Below are positions 1 to 8,900 of a stretch of DNA of 64,000 bases, piece by piece. The position numbers and the translations under genes were made by a program. The first letter of the stretch is position 1. Each line of letters starts with the position of its first letter. The DNA comes from a virus. Location of the stretch: the IMG/VR virus record IMGVR_UViG_3300042197_002243; one strand, written 5' to 3'. The notes under the pieces are model-generated. The model did no database searches. It was not told the origin of the DNA and worked only from the letters and a program-made list of their open reading frames with translations.

Positions 1-2759
1 GCGGTTACAACACCAGAAGCAACAACACTTGTCAGTGAGATATTTGGATCCAGGTTAATTGTAACTGTGTTTGAAGCAGCTGAAGAAGTCAGGTTTGTAC
101 CACCAGAAACTGTCAGAGTTTCTGTAAGTAAATTAATGTCTTCCGAACCCGAATCGCCGGCAACGGTAAGTGCAGTACCTACAGATGCAGTTCCAGCAGC
201 AGTTAAACGACCTCTTGAATCAACAGTAAATGTAGGAATTGAGGTAGATGAACCGTAAGAACCAGCAGCAACTCCAGTTGTTGATAATCCAAGGGTAACT
301 GCAGCGGTTTCAGAACCAGATCCTGAAACAACAATGTCGGATGAACCAGAATCAGCAATAGTAGCTACATAGTCGCCAGTTGTATCGGTTCCAAGTCCAA
401 CCGAATTTGGTTGAATAGTTGCTGCAATCGAAACGTTAGCAGTACCATCAAACGAAACTTGACCAACTACATCACCAGTTAACTCAATAGTTCTTGCAGT
501 TTGCAGAGCAGTTGCTGTATCGGCATTACCAGTTACGTTACCAGTTAAGTTTCCGGAGAAACCACTAGTAGCGGTGGCTACACCAGTTACAACTACACCA
601 GAAGCATTGGTATCAAACGAAACTGAATTAACTTCACCAGTTAAATCTCCAGTTACGTTACCAGTTACGTTACCCGTCAGATTTCCAGAGAAACCACTAG
701 TAGCAGTAGCAACACCAGTTACAACTACACCAGAAGCGTTAGTATCAAATGCAGCAGCGTTAACTTCACCAGTTAAGTCTCCAGTTACATTACCAGTTAA
801 GTTTCCTGAGAAACCACTAGTAGCAGTAGCAACACCAGTAACTACAACACCAGAAGCATTGGTATCAAATGCAGCTGAGTTAACTTCACCAGTTAAGTCT
901 CCAGTTACGTTACCTGTTACATCACCGGTTACGTTACCTGTTAAAGGACCAAAGAATGAAGTAGCGGTTACAACACCAGAAGCATTAACATTAGTAATTG
1001 AAAGTGAAGTTGCACTCAGAACTTCAGTACCATTGATCTTATATGATTTTCCTGAAGCAAGATTGAAGTTTTCGCTTGATTTTAATGCAGTATTAGCATG
1101 ATCATACAATAAAGTATTGTCAGGACCAATTTTAATACCAGCACCATCAGCGAGCGCGTCAGTTGTTGCTGTTGTAGCAATACCAACAATAAAGTCTCCG
1201 AGTTCAATTACCGTAGAATTAATAACGGTTTGAACGCCGTCAACAAACAGGTCACCTTTAATTCTTACAGCACCAGTATTATCACCAACAGCAGCAGGAT
1301 CAATGGTAATTTCTGAAGGACCAGAAATTGTATTGCTGCTAATTCCGATTGCAGCGCCAGCAGCACCAGTTTTAAATTCGGATGCAGTTACGATACCAGA
1401 AGCGACAACGCTTGTCAGTGAGATATTTGGATCAAGATCAACTGTAACTGTGTTTGATGCAGCTGAAGAAGTAAGGTTTGTACCACCAGAAACTGTTAAG
1501 GTTTCTGTGAGTAAATTGATAGTTTCAGTTCCAGTATCACCAGCAACGGTCATTCCAGTTGAAACTGAAACAGAACCTGCGGCGGTTAAACGACCCTTTG
1601 CATCAACAGTAAATGTAGGAATTTCCGAGGAAGAACCATATGATCCAGGAGTTACTGCTGTATTTACAAGGTCAACTGTAATTGTATTGCTTGCTGCAGA
1701 TGCAGAAATACTTCCTGCAGCACCAGCGACAGTCAGAGTTTCAGTTAACAGATTAATGGTCTCAGAACCAGAATTTCCAGCAACTGTTAAAGCAGTACCA
1801 ACCGCAGCTGTACCAGCGGCAGTTAAACGACCTTTAGAATCAACAGTGAATGTAGGAATTTCGGTTGATGAACCATAAGAACCAGTGGTAACTCCAGTGT
1901 TTGCTAAAGTAAGTGCGAGTCCAACGTTAGCAGTACCATCAAATGAGACTGCAGCAGCAGTTGCGTCTCCAGAAATACTGAAGTCGCGGGCAGTATCAAG
2001 AGCAGTTGCTGTATCAGCATTACCAGTTACGTTACCTGTTAAGTTTCCAGAGAAACCACTAGTAGCAGTAGCAACACCAGTTACAACTACACCAGAAGCA
2101 TTTGTATCAAACGAAGCCGCATTAACTTCACCAGTTAAGTCTCCAGTTACATTACCAGTTACATTACCAGTTAAAGGACCAGAGAATGAAGTAGCAGTAG
2201 CAACACCTGTAACTACAACACCAGAAGCATTAGTATCAAATGCAGCAGCGTTAACTTCACCAGTTAAGTCTCCAGTTACATTACCAGTTAAAGGACCAGA
2301 GAATGAAGTAGCAGTAGCAACACCAGTTACAACAACACCCGATGGGTTTGTATCAAATGCAGCAGCATTTACTTCACCAGTTAAGTTACCCGTTACATTA
2401 CCAGTTAAGTTTCCTGAGAAACCACTAGTAGCAGTAGCAACACCAGTTACAACAACACCCGATGGGTTTGTATCAAATGCAGCAGAGTCAACTTCACCAG
2501 TTAAGTTGCCTTCTACATTACCTGCTACGTTACCAGTTAAAGGACCATAAAATCTTCCTTCTCCAGATACTTCAAAATTAGCAGCAGTAACGATACCAGT
2601 AATTCTGGCATCACCAACAACTACAAATTTTGAATCTGGAAATGCCGTACCAATACCGACCTTTGTTGAAGCTGAGTTGGAAGTAATTCCAATATATCTC
2701 GAACTTGCGTCCAGCTCCAAAAATGACGCAAATTGCGATAGTTCTCTATTAAATGCCAT
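1..2759 (-). CDS. Large repetitive tail-fibre-like virion protein (3'-truncated by window edge; missing from ORF track)
   Basis: ATG at 2759 with AAGGAG SD upstream; frame reads MAFNRELSQFASFLELD... and stays open to the left edge; G/T/V/N-rich repeats GNLTGNVTG, GSYGSSTEIPTFTVDSKGRLTAAG, NADTATAL.TAR typical of fibre shafts. Confidence 0.85.
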   Translation of the reverse strand, partial: MAFNRELSQFASFLELDASSRYIGITSNSASTKVGIGTAFPDSKFVVVGDARITGIVTAANFEVSGEGRFYGPLTGNVAGNVEGNLTGEVDSAAFDTNPSGVVVTGVATATSGFSGNLTGNVTGNLTGEVNAAAFDTNPSGVVVTGVATATSFSGPLTGNVTGDLTGEVNAAAFDTNASGVVVTGVATATSFSGPLTGNVTGNVTGDLTGEVNAASFDTNASGVVVTGVATATSGFSGNLTGNVTGNADTATALDTARDFSISGDATAAAVSFDGTANVGLALTLANTGVTTGSYGSSTEIPTFTVDSKGRLTAAGTAAVGTALTVAGNSGSETINLLTETLTVAGAAGSISASAASNTITVDLVNTAVTPGSYGSSSEIPTFTVDAKGRLTAAGSVSVSTGMTVAGDTGTETINLLTETLTVSGGTNLTSSAASNTVTVDLDPNISLTSVVASGIVTASEFKTGAAGAAIGISSNTISGPSEITIDPAAVGDNTGAVRIKGDLFVDGVQTVINSTVIELGDFIVGIATTATTDALADGAGIKIGPDNTLLYDHANTALKSSENFNLASGKSYKINGTEVLSATSLSITNVNASGVVTATSFFGPLTGNVTGDVTGNVTGDLTGEVNSAAFDTNASGVVVTGVATATSGFSGNLTGNVTGDLTGEVNAAAFDTNASGVVVTGVATATSGFSGNLTGNVTGNVTGDLTGEVNSVSFDTNASGVVVTGVATATSGFSGNLTGNVTGNADTATALQTARTIELTGDVVGQVSFDGTANVSIAATIQPNSVGLGTDTTGDYVATIADSGSSDIVVSGSGSETAAVTLGLSTTGVAAGSYGSSTSIPTFTVDSRGRLTAAGTASVGTALTVAGDSGSEDINLLTETLTVSGGTNLTSSAASNTVTINLDPNISLTSVVASGVVT
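530..960 (-). repeat. Tandem ~95-110 nt coding repeats (GNLTGNVTGDLTGEVNAAAFDTNASGVVVTGVATATSGFS), block 2
   Basis: Near-identical units such as accagttaagtttcctgagaaaccactagtagcagtagcaacaccag recur several times. Confidence 0.9.
2015..2548 (-). repeat. Tandem coding repeats of the same unit, block 1
   Basis: About five units of the same repeat as 530-960. Confidence 0.9.
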
Positions 2760-2832
2760 TGTCTCCTTTTAGCGGATGGGGGTTTTTAGATCTAAAAAGC
2801 CATCCTCGTGCCGTCGCACTAGGCTTCAAATA

Positions 2833-2839
2833 TATTTAG
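2833..2839 (-). promoter_or_regulatory. T4-type late promoter CTAAATA
   Basis: Plus-strand tatttag just upstream of the fibre gene leader. Confidence 0.65.
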
Positions 2840-3387
2840 AAACTACTTAATGAAACCCTCTTCCAACTATTTGACGATATGCAAACGTAGAGATAATCTG
2901 AGTCATATGACATTTGTCCTGGCAATCCAGAAGAACTTGAGGATGTTGGAGGATTATGAATTACGTTTGGAGAAACTCCAGTAGATGGCGTATTGTATGC
3001 ATGAAAATCTATAATTTCTCCACCATAAGTTGTTTCGTTAAAAATTACTGAAGTGCCATTAGTTGCAATAAAATCTGATGGTGCTAATTTGACACCATTT
3101 ACAAATACATCTAAAAATCCTACAGTATAATTTAAAGTAAATGTATTCGTATTTGCAATTGCAACCGTTGAGGAAGTATTTCTTAAAACTGAACCCGAAG
3201 CCCAGGTAACCCCAATACCAGTGGATTGTAAATATTGCCCACTCTGACCCGTTGTAGAACCAGTACTAATTGATGTAATAGTGGTAATACCAACAATGTT
3301 TACACCACCAGTTACATTTAATGCAGATATGGAAGAAGATATTCCTACATTTAACTTTGGTAATCTGCCACTAAGAAGTTTTGCCAT
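2836..3387 (-). CDS. Putative virion/fibre-associated protein
   Basis: ORF track; GQYLQSTGIGVTW and LDVFVNGVKL motifs; C-terminal G.PGQM.YD..YLYVC...N.WKR fibre-type motif. Confidence 0.7.
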   Translation of the reverse strand: MAKLLSGRLPKLNVGISSSISALNVTGGVNIVGITTITSISTGSTTGQSGQYLQSTGIGVTWASGSVLRNTSSTVAIANTNTFTLNYTVGFLDVFVNGVKLAPSDFIATNGTSVIFNETTYGGEIIDFHAYNTPSTGVSPNVIHNPPTSSSSSGLPGQMSYDSDYLYVCISSNSWKRVSLSSF

Positions 3388-3407
3388 TTTACTATTTCAC
3401 TCTCCCA

Positions 3408-3749
3408 TCACTTCAGTGTTTCGATTACGCTTACGGTAAACTTCAAATTGGTTGCATTGCTTCCAGATATTTGTAAAACATCATTCGATTCCAACACCAA
3501 TTTTCCATCAAGAAAACTTGCAGCATCATTTGCTGGAATTGTGAAATCTTTTACTATCTCCGTAGTAACAGCAGTTCCAGCTACTGTTCTTTTGTGAGAA
3601 AAAGTTACTGTTTCTGGTTGAGTGCTGGTATTTGCAACTTGTGCTAAAAGAACTACACCAGCATATCCAATTGGAGCTGTGTAAATTCCAACGGTGTTTG
3701 TTGGTACAACTTGAGTAACTGTTTTAAATACATTTAATGCTAATGCCAT
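3408..3749 (-). CDS. Small beta-rich virion-associated protein
   Basis: ORF track; operon context; beta-strand pattern ending KLVLE..D.L.I. Confidence 0.65.
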   Translation of the reverse strand: MALALNVFKTVTQVVPTNTVGIYTAPIGYAGVVLLAQVANTSTQPETVTFSHKRTVAGTAVTTEIVKDFTIPANDAASFLDGKLVLESNDVLQISGSNATNLKFTVSVIETLK

Positions 3750-3756
3750 GACTTAA

Positions 3757-5334
3757 TTAACCTCCTAGTGCTAAGATGTAAGGTGTTACGTTTGCAAGAA
3801 CACTCTTCTGATAAAAATTACCATATACTGTTCCGGTATTTTGATTGATGACTACACCATCACCAATTCTAAAATTACCAGATTGATCTGTGCTAGTATA
3901 TACAACTAACCCACCATTTCTCATATCAACCTCATTTGCTTGAATTGCAACACCACCTTGAGCAGGAAGAGCAGAACTAATATCAGTCCCAGAACCAATA
4001 TATTCGAATGCGTGTCCAGATGCAAGAATTCTACTTTGCTTAAATATTGGAACAGTTGTTCCAACTCCAACTGTATATGGCAACTGTTCTGCAATCGTAA
4101 ACGTGCATATACCTGCATGAGGCAAAGTACATCTTTCAATTGCATAATATTTTGGTTTAACAGTCAATGCTATCGTGGCAGTATTAATTCCAACATCGGG
4201 TGCAGATACAGTAACTGTTGGAATAGTTTCAAATCCTCTTCCACTAGAAATTAAATTTATTTCATTAAGAGATCCACTAGAAATATCTGCTGTTGCCTGG
4301 GCTGCGATTCCCCATGGAGTTTCTGGATCACTGATTGTAATTGTTGGTGCGTTGAAATAACCAGATCCATGATTTGCTATCGATACGGTTTCAACTTCAT
4401 AATAAAGTTTTCCAAAATAAACCACTTGACCATCAAAAAGTCTTGTCGTTCCAACACCAGAAATAGTAAACGATGTTGCTCCTGCATCAGCATTTGACGT
4501 AACAATACCAGTTAAAATAGTATTGCTTACACCATCTGCAACTAAACCATAGTTACCAAAAGATGAATTTGAGTTTGTTAAATCACATGCTCCACCACTT
4601 CCACAATAAACTGCAATGTCATCACAAATGGTGAACAATGAAACCAACTGAGCATATCCACTGTTGGTAATTGAAACTCCTATACCACCTTGATTGTATT
4701 GGGTATAAGAGTCTAAAACCATGCTTTTTAAATTTCCAGATGCATGATTACCATCCACACGCATTCCAATACTACTGGAAATAAAATTGGTGCAGTTTTG
4801 AATATAAGGTGATTGTGTTATATTGCCCGCACCAGCAGGATCAAATGCAATTACTGCTGCAGTACTAGCTGCGCCAGTAAATGACATTTCTGCAATATAG
4901 TTACCATTTGTAACATAAAATAAATCTGATGATGTATTTTGTGGAGATATTGATACTTCTCTTAAACTACTTCCGACAATACTTACCTGTTCAGGAAGAC
5001 TTATTGGATTATTTTCAATATAATTTCCTGGAGATACTTTAATAACTGTACCTGCAGATGCTAACGCCACGGCACCGGCAATAGTTGCTTTTGCATCTCC
5101 CAATTTTTTTCCTGTATTGCTGTCATTGCCATCAGCAGTCACGTACAAGACGTTAGTTACTGTAGCACCGACACCCAATGATACAATGTCAGTACCAATA
5201 CCCGTTCTTTCTCTGCGGGTATAAAGTTCTGCATCAAACGTATTAAGACCAAGTTCCCCCAGCTGCAAATCAGCAACTGACGGTCTTTTTCCGGGGACGG
5301 AAGACCGCTTTATTCTAATATTCGGATTTGCCAT
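3757..5334 (-). CDS. Tailspike/fibre-like protein with probable beta-helix domain
   Basis: N-terminal IRIKRSSVPGKRP...GELGLNT.D attachment motif, then YVTADGNDSN.G...AKATI...G..I.V.PG.Y.E (beta-helix entry motif). Confidence 0.7.
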   Translation of the reverse strand: MANPNIRIKRSSVPGKRPSVADLQLGELGLNTFDAELYTRRERTGIGTDIVSLGVGATVTNVLYVTADGNDSNTGKKLGDAKATIAGAVALASAGTVIKVSPGNYIENNPISLPEQVSIVGSSLREVSISPQNTSSDLFYVTNGNYIAEMSFTGAASTAAVIAFDPAGAGNITQSPYIQNCTNFISSSIGMRVDGNHASGNLKSMVLDSYTQYNQGGIGVSITNSGYAQLVSLFTICDDIAVYCGSGGACDLTNSNSSFGNYGLVADGVSNTILTGIVTSNADAGATSFTISGVGTTRLFDGQVVYFGKLYYEVETVSIANHGSGYFNAPTITISDPETPWGIAAQATADISSGSLNEINLISSGRGFETIPTVTVSAPDVGINTATIALTVKPKYYAIERCTLPHAGICTFTIAEQLPYTVGVGTTVPIFKQSRILASGHAFEYIGSGTDISSALPAQGGVAIQANEVDMRNGGLVVYTSTDQSGNFRIGDGVVINQNTGTVYGNFYQKSVLANVTPYILALGG

Positions 5335-5365
5335 TCAACCTCCACATGTTCGGTATGTACCGTAG

Positions 5366-5385
5366 ATGCCGATATATATCGGCAT
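5366..5385. repeat. Perfect 20-bp palindrome ATGCCGATATATATCGGCAT in gene leader
   Basis: Read directly. Confidence 0.9.
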
Positions 5386-5404
5386 ATCTATTAGTTATTA
5401 AGTA

Positions 5405-5411
5405 TATTTAT
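5405..5411 (-). promoter_or_regulatory. Late promoter ATAAATA
   Basis: Plus-strand tatttat at gene boundary. Confidence 0.55.
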
Positions 5412-5603
5412 TCAATTATAATGTTCGGGATTTACAATAGTTCGAGAATCTGACTCATATTTTTTAATTTTGTCCTCCAATTCAACTATTTTTGCAAGTG
5501 CTTGTTCCAGTTTAGTTTCTGCAACAACAAGTTGTGTAAATAAGTCCATTGCTTTTTTTTGATAAGTATTCAAAAGATACTTCAAATCATTTTCAGTTGC
5601 CAT
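5412..5603 (-). CDS. Small coiled-coil protein (possible fibre chaperone)
   Basis: Heptad pattern LVVAETKLEQALAKIVELEDKIK; lies directly after a fibre gene. Confidence 0.6.
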   Translation of the reverse strand: MATENDLKYLLNTYQKKAMDLFTQLVVAETKLEQALAKIVELEDKIKKYESDSRTIVNPEHYN

Positions 5604-5612
5604 TATTTAAAA

Positions 5613-6713
5613 TCAGAAAGTTCCGCAGTCGATAGTAATATTGATAAGGTTTCTTGTTGATCCGGAGCATGAAATTACTTGTGAAGATCCAGCACAGTCA
5701 TTGACATAAAGTGATCCAATTTCTACATTTGCATATCCAGAAGCAGATAATACTCCAGATGACTCGGAAACTTGTGAAGCAAGAACAATTCTTGATGCAC
5801 TATCGTCCCAATAAACAGCCGCTTTTTTAGCAGTTCCATCAAAATAGTTTAACAACAATCCAAGATCGAGATCAAGATCTGATGACGGCGCAGCACCATT
5901 TACAAGACCAACTTCAATCAGAGCATCTTCAACAGTCAGCGTTTGTGTATTGACTTGAGTTGTAGATCCATTAATAAATAAATCTCCACCAACTGTCAGG
6001 TTGCCAGTGATATTTCCTGTTCCGGCGGTAACAATGCCAGCAAATGATGCATTTTTCCATCTTTTAGATCCGCTTCCAAGTTCATATGTATCATCACTTG
6101 TTGGAATTAAATTAGATGCAAATTCTCCACCAACTACAACGTTATCACCTTCTGTGTCTCCAAGTCCAATGGTTCCACCACGGAAAGTTACAACACCGAC
6201 AAATTCCGAGTATCCTTGTACATTTAAATTCTGACCGATCGTTACATTCTTATTAACTCCAAGACCACCATCAATTTGAACTGCACCACTATCGGGATTT
6301 CCAAGTTCATTATCAGATGTATCTGAAAAAGTTACTATTCCAGTAAAAGATGAACTTGCTGCCGGATCTGCCCAACTTAAATTTCCATCACCATCATTTG
6401 AAAGAATATAACCAGCACTTCCTTGAGATCCTGGCAAATAATAAGTAACAATACCGGCAAGAGATGCTGGAGATGCAAGAGTTATAAAACTTGATCCATT
6501 ATCAGATCCTTCAACAAGGTTAACTCCACTACCAGTTGTTGAAGTTCCCCTAGTCCAATATCTATGAGAACCGACGAACTTATTAGTCGCAGTATCTGAA
6601 GTTAAACCAACGTATAAATCATAACTATCAGTTGTAAATCCGGGTTCTCCGGCTTGCAACCCAGGAAGATTAGATAGTAATCCTCTTTTAAACTGAATGA
6701 CAGGTGCAGTCAT
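5613..6713 (-). CDS. Tail-fibre-like protein with Mtd_N-like N-terminus
   Basis: IQFKRG...L..GEPGFTTD...L.VG start; P..DDTYELGS..KRW and GNLTVGGDL..NGSTTQVN motifs. Confidence 0.7.
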   Translation of the reverse strand: MTAPVIQFKRGLLSNLPGLQAGEPGFTTDSYDLYVGLTSDTATNKFVGSHRYWTRGTSTTGSGVNLVEGSDNGSSFITLASPASLAGIVTYYLPGSQGSAGYILSNDGDGNLSWADPAASSSFTGIVTFSDTSDNELGNPDSGAVQIDGGLGVNKNVTIGQNLNVQGYSEFVGVVTFRGGTIGLGDTEGDNVVVGGEFASNLIPTSDDTYELGSGSKRWKNASFAGIVTAGTGNITGNLTVGGDLFINGSTTQVNTQTLTVEDALIEVGLVNGAAPSSDLDLDLGLLLNYFDGTAKKAAVYWDDSASRIVLASQVSESSGVLSASGYANVEIGSLYVNDCAGSSQVISCSGSTRNLINITIDCGTF

Positions 6714-6739
6714 TGTTATTGTTTATATTTACTTATGTT

Positions 6740-6746
6740 TATTTAG
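6740..6746 (-). promoter_or_regulatory. Late promoter CTAAATA
   Basis: Plus-strand tatttag, intergenic. Confidence 0.6.
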
Positions 6747-6748
6747 TT

Positions 6749-7060
6749 TTAAAATGTTCCGGCGTCTAAATCAATTCGATTGTCGAGATCAATATCCACA
6801 CGATCAAGAAATGCTGTAGCATAACCAACAAGTCCTGGTTGGTTAGTTTCAGTTGAAGCAGCAGAGTTCAAAACAACATCAGGATTAACTAATTTATATT
6901 TTTGTGTTGATGCATCATAAACCAAAACATATTGATCTTTATTACCTAGATCGGTTGCACTAACATCGCTGAGATCTGAAAGTCTATCAGCCACAATAGT
7001 CCTCTCTACGAATACGGAAAATGAATTTGCACCGTCCATACTAACAGAATAATCTGCCAT
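6749..7060 (-). CDS. Hypothetical virion-associated protein
   Basis: ORF track; LSDLSDV...VLVYD fibre-type motif; ends DAGTF like its neighbour (DCGTF). Confidence 0.65.
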   Translation of the reverse strand: MADYSVSMDGANSFSVFVERTIVADRLSDLSDVSATDLGNKDQYVLVYDASTQKYKLVNPDVVLNSAASTETNQPGLVGYATAFLDRVDIDLDNRIDLDAGTF

Positions 7061-7085
7061 GGAAATACTCGCTATTTAAAAATAT

Positions 7086-7409
7086 TTATGTAACGAGTGC
7101 CATTCCCTCAATAACTCTTGTCTTTTTATTGTTATTATTATTTGTTATGACAATATTATAATAATACCGACCCATATCCAATTCACTTGTTACACTATTT
7201 CCCATGGATATTGTTATTTTGCCAGTTGCCACAACTAATGAAGATGAAAATGTGGAAATTCCTGTTGTGGCATCTGGAAATTTTCTCAAAGTCGATAATG
7301 CACTAGTGTCTGTTAAATTATACGGAGTTCCATCTGGATTTGTAATTGTAAAAGTTGCAAAATAATCTGCACCCTTTTCAATTACTATATTTACTGCTGG
7401 TACTGCCAT
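7086..7409 (-). CDS. Ig-like/BppU-N-like small structural protein
   Basis: I.IEKGADY..TF...NPDGTPYNLT...G.I.ISM....T..L..GRYYY....TRVIEG pattern. Confidence 0.6.
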   Translation of the reverse strand: MAVPAVNIVIEKGADYFATFTITNPDGTPYNLTDTSALSTLRKFPDATTGISTFSSSLVVATGKITISMGNSVTSELDMGRYYYNIVITNNNNNKKTRVIEGMALVT

Positions 7410-7422
7410 GACACTTTTTTAA

Positions 7423-7857
7423 TTATTTATTATCGGATCCCAATCCATCCTTTAAAAGTTTCGAAAGTTCTGCTGTTGATCCAACAAACAGAGCATTCGT
7501 AACATTTGTTGGCCCACGAACTTGTTTAGTCTCCTCAATATCTTTAAGTTTCTTTTGAAGATCCATCAACTTGTCGGTTGCATCCGAAACATTTTTAATT
7601 AATTGTCCAGCAACTTCATAAGCTCTGGGCATTTCACTTTCTTGTGCGAGTTCTAAAATACCATTGATTGCTTCTTGCCCCTTCTCAATAATTGAATACA
7701 AATTTCCTCTAGTATATTCGTAGTCCTTTCGGATATCTTCAATTGATGAAGAAAATGATTCAATTTTTGATTCGATAGTTTCCGTTTTTGATTCGACTAT
7801 TTCTCCCGAAATATCAAAAGTCTCGTTTAATTTATCGAATTTCTTTGTCATTTTCAT
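7423..7857 (-). CDS. g16: Terminase small subunit (T4 gp16-like)
   Basis: DYEYTRGNLY...PRAYEVAGQLIK...NALFVGSTAEL signature; follows g15. Confidence 0.93.
   Translation of the reverse strand: MKMTKKFDKLNETFDISGEIVESKTETIESKIESFSSSIEDIRKDYEYTRGNLYSIIEKGQEAINGILELAQESEMPRAYEVAGQLIKNVSDATDKLMDLQKKLKDIEETKQVRGPTNVTNALFVGSTAELSKLLKDGLGSDNK
7424..7430 (-). promoter_or_regulatory. Late promoter ATAAATA
   Basis: Plus-strand tatttat overlapping the g16 stop. Confidence 0.5.
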
Positions 7858-8855
7858 GATCCACTAAATCCAAAATCGTCACCAAGTTGTATCAATGCAT
7901 TATCTGCATTTGTAATTGTTTTAACTGCAGAACCGTTTACATGAGGTGCAATCACCGTATTATCAGATCCCCTAGAAACTTTAAGTGTGTTACTAGATAT
8001 TGATTCTACATACATTTCCTCACTATCAATTACAATGTATGTTCCTGCAGAAATGGATGATGCATCGACAACATCTATAAAAATGGTCGTTGATAATGCA
8101 TCAATATCTTGTGCAAGATTGGTCGTTACTGTGCCAGTATAATTTTTAGTTGCACGAGGTTCAACACTATAAGAAAGATCTCTTGATGGACTTGAAGATT
8201 GATCTCCACCAATATATCCGATAGTAACTTTTTTGATAATATCTTTGGATATATCTGCAATTGGACCAAACAAATATGTTTTAGCAGTAAATCTGAGAGT
8301 ATAATATAAAGATCTTCTAGTAGTAAAATCACCTTCATACTCATCTCTCATCGTTATCCCTTCGAAGACAACTGGAACATCTCTTTTTTCTCCAATCGTT
8401 CTTACCAAATCAACTGATAATGTATATGCTGGTTGAAAATATGGTAAAATTTGCTCAACAATTTGAAGCATATCATCATTTAATTTTGTATAAATCGCTA
8501 ACTCAAAACTCATATTATATGGAACTGGCATATAAGTTTTTCTTGGTTGTGTGCCATCCGACGCTAAACCAGAAAGAAAAGTTTGTGTTGTCGTGACTTT
8601 TCTAGATGGATCATAAGTCAAACCAGTAAATTCAAATGACATTCTTGGTAAGGAAATTTGAACTGGTTTGTTAAGATCGGGAACTTGTTCCAATCTTGCT
8701 AAAAATTTCTGAGTTGGACCATAAGCTAATGGAACCTTCATTACGCTGGTTACATTATCAGAATCATTTGTGTGCTTGATTGAAATGTCATTGAATAGAG
8801 TACCAAAAGCTACAATTGTACTCCTCAATATTTCGTGATAAAAATATTCAAACAT
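7854..8855 (-). CDS. g15: Tail sheath stabiliser/completion protein (gp15-like)
   Basis: YFYHEI...FGTLFNDI...VPLAYGP..KFLARL...LPRMSFE...QIVEQILPYFQP. Confidence 0.95.
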   Translation of the reverse strand: MFEYFYHEILRSTIVAFGTLFNDISIKHTNDSDNVTSVMKVPLAYGPTQKFLARLEQVPDLNKPVQISLPRMSFEFTGLTYDPSRKVTTTQTFLSGLASDGTQPRKTYMPVPYNMSFELAIYTKLNDDMLQIVEQILPYFQPAYTLSVDLVRTIGEKRDVPVVFEGITMRDEYEGDFTTRRSLYYTLRFTAKTYLFGPIADISKDIIKKVTIGYIGGDQSSSPSRDLSYSVEPRATKNYTGTVTTNLAQDIDALSTTIFIDVVDASSISAGTYIVIDSEEMYVESISSNTLKVSRGSDNTVIAPHVNGSAVKTITNADNALIQLGDDFGFSGS

Positions 8856-8900
8856 GTTAGCAATTGCTTATATAATCTATTTAACAAAAAGATAATCTAT

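Noticed and set aside
67-2550. Plus-strand ORFs with PVT/PEA repeats
   Set aside because: Antisense shadows of the repetitive minus-strand fibre gene; no SD or promoter support.
2762-2830. Hammerhead ribozyme
   Set aside because: Lacks the CUGANGA and GAAA core.
5613-6713. Diversity-generating retroelement suggested by the Mtd_N-like domain
   Set aside because: No reverse transcriptase and no template/variable repeat pair with adenine-specific mismatches seen in the window.
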